The notes below the pieces were generated by a model. The model was not told the origin of the DNA. It searched no databases and was given only the letters and a program-made list of their open reading frames with translations. Positions 40,772 through 52,580 of a DNA stretch of 64,000 nucleotides are shown piece after piece. The translations under genes and the position numbers were made by a program. How positions within the stretch are numbered: position 1 is the first letter of the stretch; the number at the start of each line of letters is the position of its first letter. This DNA is from Cycas panzhihuaensis (taxonomy: Eukaryota; Plantae; Cycadophyta): the NCBI GenBank assembly GCA_023213395.1, contig CM041465.1:206529741-206593740 (forward strand), in the 5' to 3' direction.

Positions 40772-43700
40772 TCCCACCCCCCTAAATTTTAGAATCTGGA
40801 CATCAAATTTAGTAGCATCATTAAATTAGTATGAAGGTATCTTGGAGTCAAGTCTGAGTAATTGATCTTCAGTCTCTATAAAGATAACATCTTTAGTGAT
40901 GATGATTTTTCACTATGAAGGTATGAAAACCTTGTACCCCTTTTTGTCCATAGGGTATCCGACAAAGATGCCTTTGATGGCTCTATCTTAGAGCTTATTT
41001 CTATGTTCCTCCAAAATGTGAGCATAACAAATAGAGCCAAAAATTTTGAAGTGGGAGATAGAGGGGGTTTGTCTATACTACATTTCATGTGGAGAGGGGC
41101 CGAGCTTAGAGGGACTAACAATGTTGATTTAATACATAGAAGTCCAAATAGCCTCATTCCAAAGATAGACAGGAACATTCTTATATACTAGCATAGCACG
41201 AGCCATGTTCATGATGGTCTTGTTCATGTACTCAACAACTCTATTTTGTTAGGTTATACTTGCAACAGTGGTTTGATATTTGATTCCATATTAACGTAGG
41301 TATGATTCAAACTCATTGGATGTGTACTCATCACCATTATCAGTACTAAGTATTTTGATCTTGAATCCATATTCATTTTCCACGCGGGTCTTGAAAGCTT
41401 GAAACATAGAAAAAGCTTCATCTTTCTTTGCAAGAAAAGCAACCCATACTTTCTTGGTAAAATCATCAATAAAAGTAATATAGTGCCACTTCTGTTTGAG
41501 AGAAGTGATGGGCATATGACCACATATATCTGAGTGTACAAGCTATAAAGGTTAGCTAGATTTCTACTGACTATGAGGATAGGGTTATCTTTGAGATTTG
41601 GCAAAAATACATGCTTCACATTTGAAGGGCTTAAAGGAGAGCCTAGGCAAACTAGGAAGAGTGGCTTGTAGTTCTCTTAAACAATCAATTTTGATATGAC
41701 CCATATGAGCATGCCATAGGGCCACTTAGGACAACTTTTGAGAAGTCAAGGTTATGGTAAAAGTAGAGTCGTCATCAACATAGTTAGCTTTAGAGGATGA
41801 TAAGCTAGTTAGGCGAAAAAGTTTGCCATTAAGAATTCCGGTTATAACCACATCATTTGAAGGAGGGTGAATGACACAAAGAGTTTAATTATTTAAAGTT
41901 ATACTTAGATCAAATCCATGAGAGAAAAGGGTAGACAGGGAGAGCAGGTTCTACTTCAGAGCAGGAATATATAAAACATCAACAAGTGTACAATTTGGAA
42001 GGCCTAAGAGTTTTAGGCAAACAGTTCCAAGTCCTTCGACTGGCTGAGATGATTTGTCAGCCATGTGTACAACACCATGAACTTCAAAGTCAAATTCTTG
42101 AAAGAACTGGTGATGACAAGTCATGTGTTGTGTTTCTCCAGTATCCATGATTCACGATGAAGTATTTGAGGTGGCACTATTTATAGCTCCAAGTGGTGAA
42201 GGCAAAAGTGAATAAGCATAGCCACAATGAGCCTCAATATACTTAGTGGATCTATTAATAATATTTAATGAAGTGGTCCCAATTCTTTAAAGGTGTGCAT
42301 GAGAAAATTGTGTTCTACCATAAGCATTTTCAAAATAAGTATTATCAACATTATGTGCACCATGGCATTGTTGATAACTTGGTAGTTTGTTGGTGGCAGT
42401 TCTATAATTTTTGGAATAATGTCATTTTCTATTATACCTTTAGCACACAATTGTTTGATTTCTAGTCCCATAAGAAGTATTGGGTTGGTTGGATTGTCTC
42501 TGATTACTGGATCTAGGTCTAGGTTGATTAGTTTGGCCTTGCCCTTGAGTCTATTTTGTTAGAGTTGAGGAGTCTGTTGACCAAGAGGATGTTGTCCTTG
42601 TTGTCTATCTCTTCCTCTTCCACAGTAATTACCACCTCTATGAGAGTATTGACCTTGATTTTTGGTATAACAAAGATCTTCTTCCGCTTTAAAAGAAGCA
42701 TCATCTGGATCTGATATAGTGGCAAAGTTGGTATCAAAAGTCTTATCAAATTTAATGAACCTATTAGTAAGAGCCTCAAAGTTTAGGGTCTTCAAAGTAC
42801 CACTAGATTGAAGACTTCCCAGTAGATTTTTGTAATCTGAGATATGGAGACATGAATGAATCAAGAAAGCCCATGTAATACATTGAGTTTTAAAATCTTT
42901 ATCAATGGCTTACTTGATTGGGCGAAGGAGATTAATTGTCTTACTTGTGTGTCCTTTCTACATTTTCAATTTGTTTATCTTTAGCACTAAGTAAACAAAT
43001 TCTAAGTCTGATTTAGTGTCAGAGTTCTTCTTAAGAACTTCAAGAACTTTCCATGCTGTATCATGTACAACTTCATCAATGAGATTATACAAGGAATAAT
43101 CAGTGATAAGCAGTATCCTTGCATAGATTTTATCATCATCAAGTTTCCATTAGCGTTTAGCTACAGCTTTAGTAGGAGCAGTTGGAGCACCTCCTCTAGA
43201 AGCAGCTAGGGTAGCTGTAGCTATAATAGATGGTGTAGGTTTTAAGTGATCTCTCCACAAACCTTCATACTTTGCAACATTTCTAACACCAGTGAACTAC
43301 ATGTCCCAATTTTCTTTTCTTTTTAGAATGCAGTTTACATTTTGCTTAAACTGTGAAGACATGGTATCTTTTGAGAAGGGAAGAAATAAATAAGGGACTA
43401 TAAAAGTGATGGCAATAAATGAACAATCACTGTTTACAAATGGGAGATGCAATGTAGTAGTGTAGCAAAAGGAAGAAGAAGTGAGAATGGTTGCTCAAAG
43501 ATGAAGGGAGTAACTTAAAGAAAAGTTAGCAATACTTGTGACAAATATTAACCTGATGTAGTAAGAATATGAGAAGCACTATGATAAAAATTGGCCACTA
43601 ACACTTGTGGCAAATATTAACTTGACGCAGTAGGAATATGAGAAGCACTATAATTAAGATTACACCATGAATCACTTTTTATAAATAAGTAAGTGATTAA

Positions 43701-46700
43701 TATACAAGATTATAGGTCAATGTAGAAGTTGACATCATTAGGTGTACATAACTTGAAACTCAAATGTAGGATGCATAATCAACCCAATAACCTCTAACTT
43801 TTGTCAAACATATAGTTGAGGTTGATGAAGGGATGCCCAGGCTTCTAGTAGAATTAAGTTGGCCTTCACTCGTGATACCCGTAATTGTGCTTGGTGATGA
43901 AATCTAAGTCACAACGAAGCCTAGGTACTCCTAATCCTCACCCAGTTCACCAATGAGTAGCTATACACCTCCTCTAAAGAGTGATATGTGCATACCCATG
44001 GCTATGATGGATATTGGATTGGGTATACTTTAATCTTGTATTAAAGTTTCAGTTTTCCTGGTTGGTTATCATGATAATCTCTGATTGAGACATGATGGTA
44101 TAACTAACCAAACCTCACCAATATTCTAATTTAGTTCAGTCCCAACTTGAAACTCACACCTCCTTTATGGAATGACATTCTACCAACCAAGATATCTCAA
44201 CCTTAAAGAGTGTGTGAACAGGCATAAGATGGCAGAAAATAGCATACGCGATGTGTTCCTTTTAGGAAGAGTGAAAAGATTATCGAATTGCATCAAACAT
44301 ATATTCAACTGAAAATAGAATGCTTGCTTGGAGTGTCTTTAGAGTGCTTGCTTTGAGTGATTTTAGAGTGCTAAAATACAATGTTAATAAGTGACTGAGG
44401 ACCCTAGATATTGCTCTGATCTAGGTGTTTTTTTTTTACTTTTACAATCGGCTTTTAAGCCTTATAAAAAGAAGGAAGAAAATTCCTTCACTTTTTTTGT
44501 TTTTAAATAAAAAAAAAAAGGTCTTTGCTAAATTAGCAATAACTATCTCCCACGATGACAAAATGGAGTGTCAATTTTTGTGCTTCAAACTAGACTCAAA
44601 GCTTCATCTTTAGAAAGTGGAATCAGGTCCAAATGAGTTCTGGAAAGTTTTTGGCAGCCCTACAAAGTTAGGAGATTTTATTTTTCTAGAATTCTTCCTA
44701 AAAATAATTACTGTTTACTAAAATAATAATAAATTCCTCATACGACATCGAAATTAGGTGCTAATTTTTGTGCTGGAAAGTAGACTTAGAGCCTCATCTT
44801 TAAAAATTAGAATCACGTCAATTGGAGCTCTATAGAAGATTTTGCAGACCTATGAAGTTCAATAAGTAAATTTTATTTCTATAAAAATTTCAGCTTACTA
44901 ATATCTCATTAACACATGATACCATATGAAATTTCCATCATTTTTTTATCATCAAGGTCCCAATATGGGTAAGGTGAAAGCATATAATGATGGATATTTT
45001 AAATGGCTCAAAATTCTTTAGAAAAAGTAGGTAAAACCTCCCCTTATAATCATTCTTCTAAAAGCTAGAAAAATTTCGGCAATATTTCCCCTTGTTAAAT
45101 GGATAAAATCAGGGGAAAGAAAAGAAGAATGAGATAGCATAAATGGCCATAAAAGGATTGAAATCCTTGGGCCTTACACTCCTTGTATTGTGCTTCTAAA
45201 CCTGTAAAAGAGAAAGGGAAAGTAAAGAATATAAAATATGCTATGATAATAACTTGAAAAATTTTCTAAATCCACTTTCATAATCTACTTCACCACATGG
45301 ATTGTGGGGGAGAAGGAAGTGATGGCTCCATTACAAGTGCAAGTGAGGAATATGAAGGAAGTAAGCTCTGATACCACATGAAAAGAGTGGATCTATCCTT
45401 CATCTCCATACACTCAACACAAAGGTAAACATGGGAGCAAGAGAGACTTGAGAGAAAGAAAGTAGCTCTCACAAAATGGGGAGGTAAGAATAAGCCTCCT
45501 CCATTAAGCTTTTACTTTTATATTGAGAGAGTGAGCATTAGAGTTAGGTGAAATGAAATTACACATAATGCACATGAAAGTGCATTTCACTTAAGTGATC
45601 TAATTTAAAGTTTATTTAAGACCCTTTTTAGAAATAATCAACTAATGTAATAACCTTATGACATTGACCCTTTTCATTATACTAGTTTCCATACCTTAGG
45701 CCTAGCTCTCCGTAGTGTTTGTTATCTTAGGTACCGCCAGTAGGAGAGATCTCACTAGCAACCATACTAGGGATTGTTAGTTAGAATGCTTTAGGTTTCC
45801 TTTAGATTTATTACATATACTTTTCTTTACTTAGGGCCTACTAGGATGTCTTTCTTTAGATATCTTATTTATTGCTTCTTTTTCTTCTGTGTTCTCTCTA
45901 CTTCCTTATGTGGAATGGTCCACTCATGGATGTGGCATTTCTCACATTGTTTACATGGTTTAATTCCTGCTGAAGTAGAGCCCCTTTATTCTTACATCCC
46001 CTCATCTGACCAATAGTCACTAATAGAAGGATATCCTTTTGATTGGGCTAATGACCCTTGTGCTTTAGATTAGCCTCATCCTGATGTCCCTTCCTCTCAA
46101 TAGGATCCTACCCAAATTAGCAGAGATCCTGTGTATTATCATACTAAATTGGTTGAAGGTTATCAAGACCTTTAACTACTCCCTATACATGTCATATGGA
46201 GTTTCTAATTAAGGGACCTTGTCCCATGCTTTGAAGGGGTCCTCCCATCTTATCCATCATATTCCAATCATCAAGGAGAAGTTTCAATCTCTTACGATCA
46301 TTCTTATACTTCTCATGGGAACGTGGTCAATGTTCTATGGAAATGCTTCAAAGTTGTAACTATGCAACCACTCCCGAAGTGGTTACAAAGGTTCCTTCAA
46401 ACTTTGGTACCCCTGTCTTTTGTCATCCCCCCTCCTTCATCCCTTCCTTTCACTTCCTCTACCCCCTAAGAAGTGGTTTTAGTAGGGTATATTTCCACAT
46501 ACGTCTTTCTTGGACAACCGATCACCTTGGGTATGTAAACCCCTCAAGCAGGGGTAAGCATGCCTTCATTTCCAACTAATATACTCCAACCTATTACTGT
46601 ACCAAACTCTTCTTTTCCTTCAATCATTCCCTTTCCTCTACACTAGAAGAACATGGGGACATGACTTCCATCCATCTATGGCTACAAATCATAGATCCTT

Positions 46701-49700
46701 TACTCCACGCTCCTCTAGGGTACATATCTCATCTTTTGGGGCATGGGGGATCATATACCCTTCCTACATATGGGATTTATCCCCTTCATCACTGTGGGGT
46801 TGTCCCTCCCCTTATGGATCCATATGGGCAGAACCCCATTCCCCATCCTCCATTTAGTGAACCTTGTTCTATGCCTTACATGGGTTCTTCTTCACATGTC
46901 TACCCATTTGCACTTACAGGAGTATGTCCTCAACCCTCACATTATTATGCAACTCATCCCTAAGGTGTAGCGAGACCTCCTCACCCACCTCCTTATTAGA
47001 CGATTCCCCATTTGGGGGCCATATATTCTTGTCCATCAGGAGGGATGGCCTACCCTCTTACCTCTTATGCCCCTTATCAACAAGGGCATCATCCTTACGA
47101 TGCCACCCCATACTCACCACATGTTAGGGATGGGCATCCCTATAGTACATCCTCTTATTCCCAGTTGAGCCATTAATCCACCAAGGACCTATCCCATTGT
47201 TGATTATTAGTCAACCCCATTGTCCATCAAGGTATTAAGAACCAACCTACCACCTCATCCTCCTGAGGTACCCAAGTTTGATGGCACCTCCTCCCATGAC
47301 CCAATTAAGCATGGCATGGCATTTGCCATGGCATGTATAGACTGTTGGGCCTATGACCATATTCTAATAAACTTTTCCCTATATCCCTTTAGGGAGATAC
47401 CCTTAAATGGTTCTATCATCTTCCTACTCACTCTATCTCAATATTTTAGCACTTAGTTGATGAATTTATCAACTATTTCGATGTTGCCTAACCTTTTGAG
47501 AGTGGGACCAAAGCCTTACTCTCACTTAAACAAGACCCTTAGGAACTAAACCATGACTTAATGTGATGGTTCCATGACCTCCTTCATTCTTCTAAGGACA
47601 TACTGTTAAAAGAATTAAAATGAGATCTGTTTGTTAATGCATTACACCATGAGGTACACATTGAAGTCCTTAAGATAGGAGCAACTTCTTGTGATTCTTC
47701 CATGGCTAAATGCTTAGCATTGGAAGCTATTGAGATCCAAACCAGTCTCAAGAAGCTTTTAAAGAAATCATAATGTCATGAGGTATCCCTTCCCTCACAT
47801 GAACAAAAGGGGTAACATCCAACTTTTAGGTATATTATCAGCATAACTGATAAGACCCTAGATCCTCTCACATCTGTTATTCACTCCTTTAAGCGAATGT
47901 TTAAGGATCCCAAGTAACAACCAACTCAGACCTCTCCTAAATCACAACAACCTATTCACCAAACCTCAAAAATCACTTCATCTATAAATGCCAATACCAC
48001 TTCTTAAAAGAAGGTGACATGATCCCCTTCTAAAAATAAGCATTGGTCCATTCACGATGAGTGTTTCCATGATGACTCACAGTGTTGGAAGCAACACCTT
48101 AAACTTGCCCCATCCCACGAGTCTTCTTCATAGGGTATCTCCAAACCCAACTTGGAGCATCCTATCTATTGTGATCCATTCCCCAACCATAAGAAACGAG
48201 ATTGTTCTCCCTAAAATAAGAGAGTAAGGAATAGAAGGCAAACTCCCCCTCCTTCCTTAGATTGGATGATGGTTAAGGCTCTAGTTGATCCTTCTCATCC
48301 TTTTAGCCCTACAACTTAGCACCTCTCTTCTCGTTATAAAAGTAAGGAGATGAAGGTGATCTAACTACTTGAGATTTCCCTCATATGCCTAGTCATGCTA
48401 TCTCAAGCTTTTAGAGAGGCTGGTGAAACCTTACCTCTCATCAGTAACCCCCTATAGATGCTCTCCTAACATAGATTCCTGTAGTCACAAAAACTGTTCT
48501 CATGTACCCTGGGCATTATGCTTTTAGGAGGGCACTTCCAACCTAAAGGGAAGGGGAAGACCTTCTCTATTAATGAAGAGTTACACTTGGTATCCATAGG
48601 AATGTCCATGATGGATGTCTTGCAGAGTTTACCTCAAGAAGCGCACTCTTCTTCTAAAGGATCTTAGTCATTGAGATGCCCCCATCCACATTGTAGGCAC
48701 TACCTCTCATGGGCCTCCTACCATCATGTTTGACCATTGAGATCTCCCATCCCTTAGTGAATAAGAACACTATTGGCATTGCCTCTTCACCATTACCATT
48801 GACACCCCCAATTTCATCTTGAAGAGGACTATCATAGATAATGGTTTCTCAGTCAACACTATGCTTGTGCATATGATAGAAAAGCTAAGCATAGAGGCTC
48901 TTAAGCTTGTTCCTTGGAAATACTAGGGGTATGATGATATTGAGAAGTCCCCTTTGGGGACAGTGACACTCTCACTCATCCTAAAGGGGAAGACCATGTA
49001 AGTAGATATTGTTGTTCTCAACATCGACATCTATTTCAACCTCCTATTAGGTCAGCCATGGATTAATCAAATAGGAGTTGTCTACTCCTTGTAATAGAGG
49101 CAACTTAAATTTATCCATGAAAGACAAGTCAAAGTTATCACCTGTGAGTTTCCTCCCTCTTGTACATCTCCTGCCCCTTATTAGACTATCTTTGATGTTG
49201 GAAATAGTGATCCTAATAAGACTCTTTCCCCTTTGGGAAACTTTTTTAAGGGGTCTAATTCCTACCAAGATGAATCCATATCCAAACCTAAACTTAATCT
49301 AGTTAGGTTTACCCCTATTAGAATAGGTAGATATGGCTACCTAGCCATTGTGAGTGACCCTAACTCATATATTGAAGGCCATGAACCCCTTCCACAATAT
49401 GTCGCTCTTATTTCCCATACATCTAGGGAAGCATCTCATGAGGAACTTTCCTCTCTTTCTAGTAGTCCTCCAAGGGTACTAGACCATCCTTTTAGGCCAA
49501 TGGGTTTAAGCTACCCCCCACCTTTATATTCTACCTGAGCCACTGCATAGAGGCATACTTATCGACATGCTACATATGTGCACACTACTACCATGTGGCC
49601 TTGGCCCTTGTTAGGTGCTGAGGCCTACTTGATCCAAATGCTGCCACCTCACAATGAGGTCCAGTGCATGCCAAGTCCGTCATATCCTACTACCTTATGG

Positions 49701-49834
49701 TTTGGTTCTGACCAAGTCCCTTCTACTCACGATTTCAATTATGAATTTGAGCTAGCATTGCCCCATGATCAACCTTCTTTTTATGACGCTTCCTTATCTG
49801 CTCCTACCCATAGCTTAGATGGTGAGTCATTAAT

Positions 49835-50250
49835 TATCCATACTAATGGGGATAGTCACGGGAACCTTAGACATCTAATACTACTTAGGTATTCAAGATT
49901 GCCATGGATATACCTTCATGCAATCCAAGATTTCTTTGCTTAATACCACTAATAATGAAGTGCAATACATTGTTGCCATAAAAACACTAACGAATGTGCT
50001 TCATTTCCATCGTGGCCCTATCACCTTGTGTTGTGACTCTAAGATAGTTGTATCTTAGCTTATGTAACTTTATCATATTCATTCCCCACATTTGAGGTTG
50101 GTAGCTACAACAGTTAGGGCCTTGTTGACTAAGTTCACTTCCATAGCCATTTACTATACACCATGCAAACTTAACACTTAAGCCAATAACCTAATCAATT
50201 TCATGTGAACTTAATACTGAAGCTGATAGCCTAATTAATTTCATCTTGGA
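49835..50250 (+). pseudogene. Additional (archaeal/RNase HI-type) RNase H domain of the Tat-like element
   Basis: IHTNGDSHGNL...TNNEVQY...CDSKIVVS*L...YTPCKLNT*ANNL matches TDGASRGNPG / TNNxAEY / GDSxLVVxQ / PRExNxxADxLA. The last 40 bp are tandemly duplicated (ELNTEADSL). Confidence 0.85.
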
Positions 50251-50779
50251 GCATCACTTACTACTCATACACAACTTCCTTTCAGCCCAATGGGTCACTT
50301 ATTCAGGCTCATCTCTATGGGGGAAATCCCCCCCTTAGCCTCACCTCTGAGGGGAATTCACTGATGAGGTAAAATTATGGTGATAACACTTGGGTTTATA
50401 TACCTCCCTTTTTATTGGAAGCTATACCATGCTATTAAAGCTTCTCTCTCACTCCAAGATGATCCTAAATGACTCATCATAGTGTGCATCCTTGTCGCGT
50501 AATATCATTTTGTGTGGTCATATGTGGGCTTAGTATGTGAGCCAAGGTTCTATGTACTAAGTCAAATGAAATATCAAACATAAGTAAACAAACACAGACG
50601 CACATATGCAAATGATAAAATGTGCAAGTTTATAAGTCCAAAATTATGAAGCATCAATTGGTCCTCATGTTTATATACATGTGTGTAAAATAGTGTATAT
50701 AATATAGTGTCAGTGCAATGCACTCTAAGGAGCTAGAATCATTACAGGGGTGTACAGTCACCCTTAGAGGCTCAGGATT

Positions 50780-52580
50780 TCTTGATTAAAATTTAATGGT
50801 ACAAAAAGGATATATATCATCCATCTCATGGAGCATCATCTCCTAGCTATCTCCTCCTCCTCCTCTCTAAAGGCCATATACCTCTGTAACTCCTCCTCAG
50901 TCACTAAGATGACCCTACCTTGCTCCCCTCGTCTTGTGAATGAATCACATTTCTTAATCATCATTGTGGAGTAATTGTGTGGGTCCTTGATGATCTCACA
51001 TCTATTTGCTCTACCATCTAGTCATACCTCTACTACAAGAGATCCCTCCCCCTGGACCTCTTAGAGTTACCCCTGGAGTAGGGTGATTTAGACCTCTATA
51101 CTTGAAGTTGCCTGTATAGGAGTTGGCCCTATTATTAGCTCCCCTCGTCCATCTTGAGCCTCTAGCTCTCTCACCTGGGTGTGAAGCTACTTGTGACCTA
51201 CCAAGGCCCTATCTCACTTTGATCAGAGCTCTTGGACCTCTATAACCCATATCTCCCTTTCCTTGAGGAGTAGGATAAATACTATTATGTATAAGCATGT
51301 TGACTTTAGATCCCTATGGTTCTTTATGGGTGGCTAGCCCTCTATATACACCATCAGGAATAGCTTGGTTACTACTGTCCTAATGAGCTCCTCCATGAGG
51401 CCCTCTCTTGTCAACCAAGCAAGTCTATATGTTAGTAAGAAGTCAATCATATAATCAAAATAATACTAAAATGGACTAGAGTGAGAGTAAAAGGAGGGCA
51501 GCCTCCTCTCATAGTGGTATAGGCTTGTGGCTTGCCTCCTCTCCAAATATATCCTCCTCTCTAGTAGCCTTGCCCTACTCCTTACTTACTTTGATAGGCT
51601 TCTCACGCTCTTCAACCTCCTCACTAGCCTCTACTACTGGCCCTACTACAACTCCTCCATCCTCCTCATCATTGTCCTAGTGAGCGCTTCAATAAGGGTG
51701 CCTCATGTAGTCATCAAGAGTCAATAGGTCTAGGAAGGTAGCATCTACAGATCACCTCACTTGCTCTAGTTCCCTGACACTCCTAAACCAAGAGGGTTAC
51801 CTATGAGTGAGTGGACCATTAGATGCCACTGGATGCTGCCTCACCATAGGTCCCACTATATAAAAGTGGTCAAAGAACTAGCACTATAGTATTGAGTAGT
51901 ATAAAAATCTACCATGTCCTATTGCTTAGATCTGAACAAGTTGGGCCCTTATATTAGCCATGATGAGAGTAGCCTAGTCTAGCTTCTTCCCCTCCTCGTA
52001 GTGGTAGATGGCCCCCATCCAACCCCTTCATACCTGACGATAATTCTACCACCAAGATATTTAGAATAAAATGGCCAACATGATCATATTTCTCGGCTGA
52101 GGGATAGATAATGTTAAAATCCTCTTGATGGCTCCCCCTCAATGGTCCTAGGGTCCTCTACCATAGAAGAATAATACAGTAGCTTAGTGAGCCTCCTATA
52201 TGCTAGGTAGAACTCCTAGCTTAAGTGGTGATTCTCATGTAGGTACTCCTAGGATCCTCTTGATATCGCTAGGCATGATGGAGAGATCCCTGATCATAGG
52301 CAAATGGAAGACTTGCCTCTATTTATCCTATTAAGAGATGATGTCTACCAACAAAGCCTAGTCTGGTGCATACTACCATGATGTCACTACCTATAGTAGT
52401 TTGTAACTCTTTAGTGTCTCTCAATCTCGAGAGGTCATCATATTTCCTAGCCTAAGCATAGGCGCTCTTATGTTTTCACATTTATTTATCACAATCACAA
52501 CCTGAAACCATCAACCATTCAAAGAATTAGTAATCAACATATAAGTAAAAACTATTTTCAAAGAAAAACTAGCCAATTAC
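50780..52580 (-). pseudogene. Antisense plant mobile domain (PMD, aminotransferase-like) gene remnant inside the Tat-like element
   Basis: 52363-52235 translates to D*ALLVDIIS**DK*RQVFHLPMIRDLSIMPSDIKRILGVP, matching PMD D..LI.ALVERW..ET.TFHLP.GEMTITL.DV..ILGLP. D*ATLIMANI lies near 51960, followed by a Glu/Arg-rich region and candidate GT-AG introns. Confidence 0.72.

Larger units (their letters stand above)
33367..45676 (-). mobile_element. Full-length Ty1/copia element D with internal 2.5-kb duplication; LTRs 33367-33664 and 45379-45676 (298 bp each)
   Basis: PBS gctctgatacca 45365-45376; PPT 33665-33677; TSD CTATA/TTATA. Gag ATG ~43362, protease IMDTGxTQHMT, integrase, RT (34653-35500), RNaseH to ~34100. 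About 28/298 LTR mismatches. Confidence 0.95.

Noticed and set aside
46337-47127. Pro/His/Tyr-rich ORFs as host cell-wall protein genes
   Set aside because: They lie directly upstream of the gypsy gag motif, are duplicated at 62733-63700 with different stops, and belong to the TE.
50348-50370. GAGGGGAA followed by TGATGAGG as the PPT and 3' LTR start of the host element
   Set aside because: The downstream sequence shows no match to the upstream LTR; the PPT-like tract at 53972 precedes the matching region. Not fully excluded if the first LTR is 5'-truncated.
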